Below are positions 27,140 through 39,456 of a stretch of 64,000 nucleotides of DNA, one piece after another (within the stretch, counting starts at the first letter, position 1; each line of letters begins with the position of its first letter). Under the pieces are notes generated by a model. The model saw only the letters and a list, made by a program, of their open reading frames with translations, was not told the origin of the DNA and ran no database searches. The position numbers were made by a program, and so were the translations under genes. The stretch is from Lama guanicoe (taxonomy: Eukaryota), in assembly GCA_013239625.1 (NCBI GenBank), contig MU054323.1:5197220-5261219 (forward strand), read 5' to 3'.

Positions 27140-27360
27140 AAAATAATATTAGTAATGATAATGATCATAGCTAACGTGCATTATGCACGCTTACCATACA
27201 CTCGAGGTTATGCTAAGCACGTTAAATAAATTCTCTCTTTTATCGTCATCACGGCTTTTTAAGGAGACACATTATCATCCCCATTTTGCAGATGAGGAAA
27301 TCGATGCTGCAAGAAATGATTCACTAAATTCATATCCAGTGGGAGGTGGCAGAATCAGGA
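27140..27360 (-). mobile_element. MIR
   Basis: attatcatccccattttgcagatgaggaaatcgatgct. Confidence 0.7.
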
Positions 27361-27754
27361 GGAGGAACCCCCCGGGCAATGTTATTAGTTTTCTAACATG
27401 GAAAGACCTTACATGTGAGACCTAAGCTTTCTTTGTCAGTGACCACCTTGGCCCCCATATCCCTCATCACACTCTGATGTTGCCACCGTGATGCTGAAAA
27501 GAAACACAGGAAAGTAAACCCACTGAATCACAACCCGTTCTTAAGGCTTGTTGCATCACTGAACTCAGCCACTCATTCCAGGTCATTCTTGTCCTGGATC
27601 CTATTCTGATTCTATTACACCTTCTAAGATGTCAAGTCCATGTAACCCGTGTAACGCATGTGACCCGAGTGGTCCAGAGAGGATAACGTGAAGAGAAAAT
27701 GAGATGCAGTGTGCAGTCGTATGAAAGAAAATACTTAATCTCTACCCATATTTC

Positions 27755-27975
27755 AATACCGAGACTTTCAGAGTCCAGCAGCCAATGCAGTTACTGCACT
27801 CCATCATTTACGGTGCGACTCGAGTTATTTACCCTCCAAAAGTTTAATTTTCATCATGTATAAAATGTGGATTAACAATGACATCCATGTCATTGAAAAC
27901 TTATGAGTTTAAATAATGTATATAGATCGCTTAACAGAGTGAATGATACATAATGATTATTCAATAAGTAATAAA
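27755..27975 (+). mobile_element. MIR relic
   Basis: ttttcatcatgtataaaatgtggattaacaatg..taaataatgtatatagatcgcttaacagagtg. Confidence 0.55.
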
Positions 27976-29094
27976 ATGTTTATAACTGTAATATCATCAT
28001 CATCAAAGTATTAAAAATTTTATTGGACAGTTTATTCACAGACGTTTAATTTCTACGACATTAGAAAAGTGACCTCAAAATCAACAAATTGTAGTATGTA
28101 TCCAGTGCAGGAATTTCCTCTTAAATTTTACACTTGACTGTGAAATTCTTATTCATAAAATTTTCTAAGGGAAAAAATAGGCATTAAATTCAACTTTGAA
28201 TATTAAATTATCTCGTTACTACCTAACTGAACATAGATGTTTTCCTCCGTAGTTTAGGCCACGCCGTTTTTTTCCCATAGTGTTCCTTTAATTCCATTTC
28301 AGAACTTAGTGGGAACCCTGAACTTTGATTTTGCTATTCACAATCCCATCATAGTATCCCTCAAAAATGACTGTGATTTTCATTTAAAATAGTTTTAAAA
28401 TATGATCAAAATTTTAAAGTTCTTACCCACCCGCTCCTCCCTCCAAAAAAGCACATTTTAAAATGTCCCGGGCAAGTGTAGACCATTTTTGCAGGCGATA
28501 CAGGTCAAGCAGCCAAGCTTTATGTTGAACCCACCTCGTGTTAAAATTCTGTGTCTGTCATGTAAGAGCTGTGGAAACTGGAAGAAAATACTTAATGGAC
28601 CCCAATTCATGTGCAAATTAAAAGAATATTTGATGGATTTCAAGCAGCTGTGGTTAGGATTACTCATTCCAATGTCCACAGCACTCATGAAATACAAGGT
28701 GGTTGTGATGCAATAGCGGTGTGTGGTACGAGCACTTGTACCGACAGAGTGACTGCTGATCATTTTGCCTGGAAGAAAAGGGGTCCCAGAAATAAGAGTC
28801 TTGGGTTAAGAAAAGTCTTTATTAGTTTCGCCTCAAAAAGTCCATTTTTTTGGCAGGCAAAATTCTAGCCATCTCGAGTTAAGAGGTTGTGGCTCATTTC
28901 TCTAGGAAACAGTGCTATTAAAACCTCATTCTAAGTTATGCCAGCATTAATTATCTTTTGATTTTATTATTCGTACTGTAGATTATTCTGCTTTTTTTTT
29001 AAGATTTGAATGATCTCTGTAACAAAATTTCTCATCATTCTTTTTAGCCTTCCTGAGCCCAAGCTAAGCATCTTACCATAAGAAAAAGAAAAGG

Positions 29095-29295
29095 AAAAGA
29101 ATGAATGTTTATTGAACACTTACTATTGCCAAGGGACTTACATAAATGCCCTTTGTTTGCTTTCTTGTTTATTAATATTTATTTACATATATGTTATCTA
29201 AGCATCTATGTCCACAGACACTATGACTCATTTTACAGATAAGGAAACCGAGGCTCCAAGTTTTACCTATGATCACACACTAATAAGTGGCTGGG
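29095..29295 (-). mobile_element. MIR relic
   Basis: tttattgaacacttactattgcc..cattttacagataaggaaaccgaggctc. Confidence 0.55.
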
Positions 29296-29299
29296 GTAT

Positions 29300-31525
29300 T
29301 TATGATTGTTGTGTTCTTTTTACTAATGGACTTACTGAGTCCGAAATGCCCCTGTTTGTTTTTGGTAATGCTCTTTACCTTAATAGCATTTATTTTATTG
29401 GTATTAACATAGCCACTTCAGCCTTCCTACCTCCATAGCATATTCTTTTCATCCAACTACTTTAAAAGTATACGTGTCTTTATATTTGAAGTGTTTCGCT
29501 TGTTGACAGCATTTTGGCCAGGTCTTATCTTTTCATTCCAATAATCTCTGCCTCTTAATTGGAGCATTCACTTTGTTAATACTTCATGCAATTACTGATA
29601 CCAATGGATTCAAAATTACCACTTTTAAATTGTGCTTGCTTGTTCCCTGTCACTTTTCTTCCTCCGGTCTTCTTTCCCTGCCTTTTTTCTCTTGATTATT
29701 TGAATATTTTTTACAATCTGATTTTAATTTATCGATTGGACTTTTTGTCCTACTTCTTTACATTCTTTTTCTAATAGTTTCCCTATGGATTAAAACAAAC
29801 TTTCTTGACCTTTCAAAGTATATTTAGAGTTAATACTGTACTACTTCATGGAAAATGTGGAAAACTCAAACCTTAAGTCTCTCTATTCCCCATCCTTTAG
29901 CTAGTTTTCATGGTTATTACATGTGCATACACTGTGAACTCCAGAAGGCAATGGTATCATTTTTATTTTAAAAAGAACTAAGTACCATACAGAAAATTAA
30001 GGAAAATAGCCATTTATATTTACATATGGATTTACTACTTCTAATCTCTTCATTCTTTCCTGAAGATCTGAGTTTCAATCTGATGTCAGAACTTATCATG
30101 CTAAGGAAGTTTCTTTACAAATTCTTTCAGTGTGAACTCACTAATGATGGAGCTCATTAATTTTCTTTTATCTGAAAATGTCTTCATTTTTGCCTTCATT
30201 CTTGAAGGATATTTTCACTGGATATAGAATTCTAGCTTGACGTATTTTACTTTCTTTCAGCACTGCCCTTCGGCCTGCATGGTTTCTGATGAGAAATCAG
30301 CAGTCATTTGGATCACCGACCCCTCCACTATGTAATGTCATTTTTCTCTGGTTGCTTTCAAACATTTCTTTTTCTGTAGATTTCAGTAGTTGGTTTTGAT
30401 GTCTCTGGGTATGATTTTCTTCATAGTTATAGTGTTTGAGTCCACTGAGCCTCCTGAATCTATAAATTTATGGCAATTATTTCTTCAGATAAACTCTAAG
30501 CCCATTGTCTCTTCTGTCCGTAAGTTTGACAACTGACTGATGTTAGGCAGTGTTTTATTGTCCCACAGGTTCCTGAGGCATTGTTCATTTTTCTCTTGAT
30601 ACGTTATCTACACTCTTCAGGTTGGATAATTAGTGGTTCTGTATCTTTAAGTTCACTGCCTCTCTCTCTTGTCACTTCCAGTCTGCTGTCACATCTGTCC
30701 AATTCATTTATTATATTTATGGGTCTAGAATTTGATGCAGTTTTTTTTACAGTTTCTTTCTCTGATTAAATATACTCTTTTCATTCATTATACACAGTTT
30801 CCTTTAATCATTAGGCATGGTTATAAAATCTGCTTTAAAATTCTCGTCTGCTAATTTTACCATCTCTACTGTTGTCATTTTTCTTGAGAATGTGGACATT
30901 TTTTCTGATTTTTTGTAAGTTGTTTAATGTTGGCATACATCCTGGACATTGTGAATGCTACATTATGAAGTCTCAGGATCCTGTTACATTTATCCGAAGA
31001 GTGCTGCGTCACTCTTAGGAGAGTTCAAGTGGGCTCATACTACCAATTCTGTGTACTGGGGTGCATCTAAAATGTCAATTCAGTTATTTTATGTTTGACC
31101 AGGTTGCAATAAGTCTGTGCTGTGTACATAAGGTTTAGAGATCAGGCAGATATTTGAGCAGAGTTTGTACATAATATTTGGAACTGCCCCTCTCTGGACA
31201 TTGGCTTTCTGGGACTCTCCCTCTTATTTCCTAGTGGCTATAATCTCCCTAAATTTGGTTGTTTAGTTTTTAAAGACATACGTTTGTATTGGATTTTTAG
31301 CCATCTCATGTAGCACCAACTGTGGCCAGGCTAAGTTTAAAGGCTGCAAAAACCAATAACTCATTCTGTGCTTCTTCCTGCTTCCAAATGTCAACTCTCC
31401 TCTAAAATACTCCTGCTCTTGTTCACATTTCAGTGCCTTTAAGTAATTGTTGTTTACATTTTAATGAGAGTTTATAGTTGTTAACTGCAAGAGGGTTAGC
31501 TGATAGAAGCTTGCTGAGCCATATT
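29300..31525 (-). mobile_element. Old L1 (L1MC/MD-like) 5' half: 5' UTR, ORF1 and start of ORF2, decayed
   Basis: T-rich antisense L1; tattaacatagccacttcagc (antisense of endonuclease GVAIL-like motif); cttcattcttgaaggatattttcactggatatagaattct; catggtttctgatgagaaatcagc. Confidence 0.8.
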
Positions 31526-31552
31526 GTTTCGCTAGGCTGTTTCGCAGCTGTC

Positions 31553-31598
31553 AGTGTGGCCATCGGTTAACCTGGCTGTTGATATAATCTGTTTCCCA
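31553..31598 (+). repeat. 46-bp direct repeat, copy 1
   Basis: agtgtggccatcggttaacctggctgttgatataatctgtttccca; 43/46 identical to 33732-33777. Confidence 0.95.
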
Positions 31599-31749
31599 AA
31601 CTGGACCATTTCTGAGAGCCAGCTGTTTGACATAAAGTTTCACAGACTCTTGAGTACACAGTATCGCACATACTAAAAGACTGGACAGAGGTAGAAAAAT
31701 GTAAGTGCATCATCTGTAGGCTATTGTTATGGTGGTTGTTGATACGCTC

Positions 31750-33715
31750 ACAGTTAATTAGTTCAACTAGTATTTACTGAGTGCTGACAAAGAGTGTCTG
31801 TTAGATACTGGGAAAACAGCCGTGAACAAAATAAGCATAGTTCTGTCCTCATGGAGCTTGCACTCTAGCAGAAGTGCAAACATCAATCTAAGAATCTAAT
31901 ATCACAAAGAAATTAAAGTATAAACTGTAACAAGTCCTAAAGTAAAAATGCAAAGTGTTATTCAATATAGCTTGGACGTTGGTTACGAAGAGACTTTGGG
32001 GCCATGCTCTAGAATTAATGGAAGTTTACTGTGCAAAGGTTGTTAATAGGAGCATGTTGGAAAGAAGAAAGATCAGGTACAAAGGGACTGACGTAGGAGA
32101 GAGCCTGCAGTGATTGAGGATATGAAAATAATCAAGCTGAACTAATTGTAGTAAAGACACTGGACGAGAATGGAATTGTGAAAATCAATCATGGTGGACC
32201 CATGTTAAGGCTACTGGTATCTATGTTATGAACAACGGAAAACTTAAAAGATTTCACCAAGACAGTGGCATGGTTAGGCTTGGTTTTGTTTTTCTTTCCC
32301 TGAAAGAACACTCTGGCTATCATGGAAACTGGACCAGAACTTGTATCTGTATAGAGAACAACGTGTTATTTAGTGGCCCAGACATTGGTTTCTTAAACTG
32401 GGGTGGTGGAAGTAAGGTACAGGGAAAGAGAGGGATGCAAGAGACTTGTAGCAGTTCACATCTGACAGATGGTTTATATCTGAAGGTTGAAAGAAAAGCA
32501 AGACCTAAGAAAGCACTTAATTTCTGTTTTCTGCAAATGAGGATGTTTGTGTCACTCACTGGAAGATGACCAGGGTCAGGGGAAAGAAGATAAATTCAGT
32601 CTTGACATGAGTTCGAGGTACCTTTAAGATGTCCGATAGAAGATGCCATATCAGCAAGCAGATATATGGGTTTGAAGCTTGGAGATTACGTTTGGAGGCC
32701 AGTTCCATATAAACAATAATTGAAACCATGAAAATGAATGAGATTATTTAGGAAGATAATATAGATTGTAAAGAAACAGAGGCCTTGTTGTGAGCAAATG
32801 TTGTAAACTGAAGCCAGGCAGCTCTGGGTCTCGAACCCAGTGTTTTAGGATGCCCGTGTAGCAAAGGAGGGAGATAGGAGGAGAGCCTCTGAGTGTAGCA
32901 TCAAGGAAGTCCCAAGAGCAGGAAAAAAAAAAAAAGATTTAAAGGAAAAGGGAACTGTCAGTAGAACTTCTGAGATATCTAGTGGGTTAAGAACTAAAAC
33001 ATTTTAATTGACTTTAATATCATGTAGGTCAAAGGTGACCTAAATAAACATAATTTCTATATAGAGAGACAGGGGTGGGAGCCAGGTTGGAGTGGGCTAA
33101 GGAATGAGTGGAAGTTGAGAATACATAAAAGGCGAAGGTTAACAATTCTTCAGAGGATTAGCTTTGAGGACAAAAAAGAGATTGAAAAAATAATGTCTGA
33201 AAAGGGAAGGTGGCAATTGAGACACCATGTAATACACAAAAATAATTATTGGTCACCTGTTTGCAAAAGATGGGAAACTTCGGTGTTTCAGTGGCGGTGG
33301 GAAAAAGTAGAGTGAGCAGAGACGAAGGTAAAACAAGAGCAAAGTCATACGGGAAGGGGAATACGGACACCAGTGGAGCCTGGTCTCACCCCAGAGGGAG
33401 GCTCCTTCCTAGCCACGACTGGAGAGAAACAGGTACGGAGGACAGAATTATTGCAGGTTTACACGTGTAAAGGTGAGGGGTTCACCGCCTGTATTGTTGT
33501 CTTTATTTTCTTTGTGAAGTACGGAGCAAGTTTATTTGCTGACGGTGAAGGGAAGAGGGGTGGAACTAGGTCTAGAAGAAGTCAAAATGGTTTGAAATAG
33601 TATTATGGAGAATAAAAATGGAGTAGAATTGCTGGCAAATACAGAGGGCCACCTTGGGACTGGGATCACACAGGCATAATGGAGCCAATCTATCCTGTTG
33701 AGTGATTTTCCCCCA
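31750..33715 (-). mobile_element. Long L2 relic
   Basis: 3' end ttcaactagtatttactgagtgc..ctgtcctcatggagcttgcactctag; internal aaattcagtcttgacatgagttcgaggtacc; atcatgtaggtcaaaggtgacc. Confidence 0.75.
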
Positions 33716-33731
33716 GGAACGTGGATCTGCT

Positions 33732-33777
33732 AGTGTTGCCATCAGTTAACCTGGCTGTTGGTATAATCTGTTTCCCA
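33732..33777 (+). repeat. 46-bp direct repeat, copy 2
   Basis: agtgttgccatcagttaacctggctgttggtataatctgtttccca. Confidence 0.95.
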
Positions 33778-34104
33778 GAGGGCGTAATCTGAAGTCTGCT
33801 CTACCAGGTAAGTCCATATGGATCATAACTTCCCCATCCGTTGATCTCTACTGACAAGAAACAGAACTAACGCTAACCACAGTATTTAATGTTCATTCAG
33901 GAATTTTCAAACTTTTATTTCTACAGCCCCAACCAGAGTTTTGGGAAACACATGTACCCTCTTCCATAGCATTCAGTGAACACCTACATTTTCTCATCAT
34001 AAGAATATGCAAAGGATATAATTTCCAGTCTACTGTATGTTCTGGATGTGCTTTAAATATGTGCTACTGTTAAAACTTTGGAGCCTAAAATTTATCTCAA
34101 TTTA

Positions 34105-36434
34105 TAGGTAAATCTCTAGGTAGTGTACTTTGCTTTATTGTGCTTTGAAGATACTGTATTTTTTACCGATTGAATTTCTGTGGCAAAATTGAGTTGGGTC
34201 AGTCTACCAGCACCATTCTTAGAACAGTTTTCGCTCACTTTTGTCCCTGTGTCACATTTTTGTAACTCTCAACAGTTCAGAGTTTTTCATTATTATTATA
34301 TTTGTTATGGTGACCTGTGATCAGGCATCTCTGATGTTACTATTGTAATTTTTACGTGGTGCCCACAGAAAACAGCAAACTTAATGAATAAATGCTGTGT
34401 GTGTTCTGACTGCTCCACTGACAGGCCTCTCAACCTCACTCCCTCTCCTAGGGACCCCCCTATTCCCTGACACAGAACAGTATTGAAGTTAGGCCAATTA
34501 ATAACCCTACAGAGGACTCTAAGTGTTCAAGTGGAAGGAAGAGTCTCATGTTCCTCCCTTAAAATCAAAAGCTAGAAATGACTAAGCTTAGGGAGAAAGG
34601 TACATCAAAAGCTGAGACAGGCTGTAAGCTAGGTTTCTTGCACCAACAGTTAGCCAAGCTGTGAATGCAAAGGAAAAGTTCTTGAGGGAAATAAAAAAGT
34701 GCTACTCCAGTGAGCACATGAATAAGAAAGGCAAACAGCCTTACTGCTAACATGGAGAAAGTTTTCGTGGTCTGGACAGAAGATCAAACCAGCCCCAACA
34801 TTCCCTTCAGCCAAAGCCCAAGCTAGAGCAAGACTCTACTCTCTTCAATTCTGTGAAGGCTGAGAGAGGTGAGGAACCTGCAGAAGAAAAGTCTGAAGCT
34901 AGCAGAGGTTGGTTCCTGAGGTTTAAGGAAGGAGCTGCCTCCACAACATAAAAATGCAAGGTGAAGCAGCGAGTGCTGACAGAGAAGCTACAGCAAGTGA
35001 TCCAGAAGATCTAGCTAAGATAAATAAAGATGGCTACACTAAACAACAGATTTTCCATGTAGACAGAACAGCCTTATCCTGGAAGAAGATGGCATCTAAG
35101 ACTTTCATAGGTAGAGAGGGGAAGTCAATGCCTGGCTTCAAAGCTTCAAAGGACAGGCTGACTCTCTCATTAGGGGCTAATACAGGTGACACCTTTGAGT
35201 TGAAGCCAATGCTCATTTACCATTCTGAAAATCCTAGGGCCCTTAAGAATTGTGCTAAATCTACTCTGCTGATGCTCTATAAATGAAATGACAAAGCCTG
35301 GATGACAGCACATCTGTTTACAACATGGGACTTAAGCCCACTGTTAAGACTGCTCAGAAAAAAAGATTCCTTTCAAAATATTACTACTCGTTGACAATGC
35401 ACTTGGTCACCCAAGAGCTCTGATGGAGATGCACAATGGCATTCATGCTGTTTCCCACCTGCTAACACAACATCCATTTTGCAGTCCATGGATCAAGGAG
35501 TAATTTTGACTTTCAAGCCTTATTATTTAAGAAATATGTTTTGTAAGGCTCTAGCTGCCAGAGACAGTGGTTCCTCTGTTGAATGTGGGCAAAGTAAATC
35601 AAAAACCTTCTGGGAAGGATTTGTGATTCATAGGAAGAGGTGAAAATGTCAATGTTAACAGGAGTTTAGAAGAAGTTGATTCCAACCCTCAAGGATGACT
35701 TGGAGGGGTTCAAGGTTTCACTGGAGGAAGTAATTGCAGACATGGTGGAAACAGCAAGAGAACTAGAATTAGAAGTAGAGGCTGAAGATGTGACTGAATT
35801 GTTGCAATTTCATGATAAAATTTTAACAGATGAGGAGTTGCTTCCTGTGGATGAGCGAAGATTGTTGAGATGGAATCTACTCCTGGTAAAGATGCTGTGA
35901 AGATTGTTGAAATGACAACAAGGAATTTAGAATATTGCATAAAATCAGTTGAAAAAACAATGGTAGGGCTTGAGAGGACTGATTCCAAATTTGAAAGACG
36001 TTCTGTTGTAGGTAAAATGCTATCAAACAGAATCACACGCTACTGAGAAACTGTGAGTCAGTCGATGTGGCAAACGTCATTGTTTTATTTTAAGAAATTG
36101 TCACAGTCACCCCAAACTTCAGCAGCCACCACCTTGACCAGCCAGCAGCCATCAACACTGGGGTATGGTCCTCCACCAGCAAAAAGATTGTGACTTTCTG
36201 AAGGCTCAGATGATGGTGAACACTTTTTAGAAATAAAGTGTTTTTAATTAAGGTATGTACATTGTTTTTACAGAGATAATACTATTGCATTATCTTAAAA
36301 GACTACAGTATAGTGTAAACACAATGTTTATATTCAATGGGAAACCCAAAATATTGTGGGACTCTCTTTATTGCAATATTTAATTTATTGCAGTGGTCTG
36401 GAACTGAGCCAGCAATATCTCCAAGGTATACCTG
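34105..36434 (+). mobile_element. Near full-length Tigger1 (TcMar-Tigger/pogo) DNA transposon fossil
   Basis: Degenerate TIRs taggtaaatctc and aaggtatacctg (recalled consensus caggcatacctc); TA at 34103-34104; collinear with recalled Tigger1 consensus over about 2.3 kb. Confidence 0.95.
34511..35900 (+). pseudogene. Tigger1 transposase pseudogene (CENP-B-type HTH plus DDE), with stops and frameshifts
   Basis: ORF 34954-35286 [36 protein letters not shown] ends at a TGA; downstream [11 protein letters not shown] and [18 protein letters not shown] 35676-35900 [17 protein letters not shown]. Confidence 0.9.
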
Positions 36435-37124
36435 CATATATAAAATCTCCCCCTTGAGCTAATTGGCAAAACAAATTTTGTACACACTCAGTCAAATAAT
36501 AATTATTTTTTGTTAGAAAAAGATGTTTTTGAGTTCAAATAAACTTGTTAATAAATGACTTAATCACCAGCATCTCTCTTCTGAGTTTTAATTCAAACAC
36601 AGATTGACAGGTAGAAAAAGCACAGAGCATTGCCAAGAGTTTGTCACCTGGATAAAGCAGGGCTCCAAGTTCTTGCTTTACTTTCTCGGGACCTTCTCTT
36701 TGAAGCAAGACATCTCCCTCTGGCCCCTTGTTTTGTGGCTCGGAAGTTTTTACCTCCTGCGGCAATGAACCACAGTGACAGTCACTATGGGTGGGAAATT
36801 GGTTTTCTTTATAAAGTGGAAACAGGAAAACTGTGAACAGTAAAGCGGGAAAAGAGGATGGCTGTGCAAAGGACTTTCTCAAGGATCAATTTTAGGAAGA
36901 GGACATAGGAATCTGAAAAGTGATTTCTTGAACGTATACACTTCCACATAGCTCTGGACAGTTTTTGTACATGTCCAAGGAAATGCTCACTCCAGATGGA
37001 AGAATAGCATTTCACACAACCTTTCCCCAGTATGTGGAGAAGCAATCTATATGCCAATACTCGCTTAAGCTGTTTAGTTCATGGAGACTTGCAAAGTCCA
37101 AAAACATCAGTACTGGGAACTTGG

Positions 37125-37220
37125 AGAACATTTCCACGTCCAAGTCTCAATCTTCCATTTTGCACGTGAGAAAACTGAGTCTCACAGAATTTAAATAATG
37201 TGACCCTGATTGTCAAAATA
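37125..37220 (-). mobile_element. MIR core
   Basis: ccattttgcacgtgagaaaactgagtctcacaga. Confidence 0.45.
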
Positions 37221-38059
37221 GTTGTTTTTGAATAATTTTTAAAGAAGGTTCATAGTCTCTGGAAAGGTGTAAAAACACTCAGGAATAAAACTCTATACAT
37301 TCATCACTTACGCATCCATTCCAAAACATAATCAAGCCCCTATTTGTTCCACGAATTATGAGAGACACAGGAATAATTTAAGCATATATCCTGTCCTTAA
37401 GGAGCTACCAAAAAGTAGAGTATGTGTGCAGAAAATATAAACCAACAAAGTCCATGAAAACAGGCTCGGGAATATGGAAACAACATCCCGGGGCTGAGGG
37501 AAGCTTGAAGGGTCTGCTTTTACTTTTATGGGTACAGCACCAGCTGTGAATGGATTTCCAGGGCCACCAAATTGCTGATTAAACGTGGACCAGGAGATGA
37601 ATCTTTTCCCAGCATCCCCAAAGCTCTCCTACACAGAACCAAAGTCTTTGTAGAGTGAAGACTAAGCCAGCTTCTGCATTACTGGGCACTGAGTCACTGA
37701 GAATTGGGAATCCAAAAGCCGGATCCTACTTTTCTTCATCTCAGGAGGTGTGACGGGCCATATATATACAACCCTCCAACGATCAGCGATGGAAGGTGAC
37801 CAGGGTGTTCCAGTGGCAGAAAGGGGAGGAGAAAGTGCCTTTGAAGATGCCAGAAAAAGGGGACAAATACAAATAGCATAGTAAACTTTTCTGTAAGTTC
37901 CTTCCAATGCAACTTTCAGAAAATCTGTAGTTTAATACCTACAAAGAGAACGCACATGACGCTCTTAGAGACTGATCTCACTCTTCCAAATTCTCATAAT
38001 ATTCTGCCACTGCCTCTGTTACGACATCGATCCTGACCTGACTGAATTGGGATTTATAG

Positions 38060-38170
38060 TAGTACTGGGTTCTTTCCCCACTGCTAGACTGTGAGCGCCT
38101 CAAATAAAGGACCTCGGTCCATCTCACCGTTTTATCTTCCTATAACATAGCACAGAGTAAGTCCTCATTT
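38060..38170 (+). mobile_element. L2 3' end
   Basis: ctagactgtgagcgcctcaaataaaggacc..tagcacagagtaagtcctca. Confidence 0.45.
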
Positions 38171-39456
38171 GACCTAAAATGCAAGACCAAGAAATTGGTT
38201 AGTACCACAAAGATTTCTGCCGAAATCCCAAATTAGCCTCCAAACAGGCTAAAGTATCCTATCAACACTTATTTTTCCCTAACTTTCTTAAGCTATGCCA
38301 GTAAGAACTCAATGTAAACTATCATGTCTATTTTGAAAGTTGCTTCCCCTTAGTTGGTTACTCTGAGACATCACACACTTGCCAGGTTAAACTATAATCT
38401 GACAGTGGCTTATGAACAACCCTTGATTTCAGTGATAGCCTCAGAACCAATCCCCAGAGATGTGACAACCAAGTAAATAAGGAACAAATTTTCTTATTAT
38501 AATATTTTTGTGGCTTAGGAGAATATTGGCTTGGATTTAACCAGAAACGTACATCTGAGGAATTCTAGTTTATAACAGAAGAGCTGGCAGTCCCTTTTCT
38601 ATAACCTCACAACCAGGTTTCACTCCACTGCCAACCCTTAACTTAATTTTTTATCTGTAATTCAATGAGAGGTTTTGCTTCCAAATCACTTTCAAATCCT
38701 CCAGCTGTGCTTTCTCCTGGTGCATGATAGGTACATTGCCTTCCGATTAAATTATCACCCTATTTATCTATTTTTCTATATTAAAGTCTGGTTAGCTGCT
38801 CCCTCCCAATGCCCTGGGGCCTGGCCCCTTCCTTGGCAGAGCTCACCATTACTTTCTCAGTAACAGCACTAGGTAGACTCATTATGTTTCAATATTAAAC
38901 AAGCTGAAGGAAAACTTCTGAGTTTCTTCCACAAAAGAGAAATGAAATCCTGATATACCCATAAATATATGGTGTTCTCAACCCCATCCCAAATTGTTTG
39001 TTACATTTTAATGCATATTAATACATGCAAAATGAGCTCTCAAAAGAAAAACTGTGGTTTAGTGGGTGTTAAGAATGACAAAATCCAAGACTAATTGAAC
39101 CCCATAAGGGACTTGCAGATAATTTTAAAGGATAAATTCTCTGCCTCCTTGCCTTATTACTCAAGAAGAAGCTGGTACACATGGGGAAAGACAAAAACAA
39201 TGAGCCAGAGAAAATATTTCCAAAAAGTTACCTGATTGGAAGCTCCCTTACAGCAGCACTGAATGAATTAGCTCCTCATTGGACCAGCCAGAAATCTACC
39301 TGGATATGCATGCATGTCTCTGAACATGCACTCCTGGCCTCTCCCCCCAAAAGAACAAATCAATATGGTTTGAAAAGGATGCCTACGGGCTACTCCATCT
39401 TTGGGTCTGATACCAACCATGCAGGGATGTCTGAGCAGGGTAGCATTAGGAGTCTG

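Noticed and set aside
27641..27667. Three degenerate 9-bp units (tgtaacccg-like)
   Set aside because: Too short and degenerate; an ordinary slippage product
34954..35286. 110-aa ORF as a TIGD1-like gene
   Set aside because: Internal fragment of a disrupted Tigger1 with TIRs still present; it ends at a premature stop
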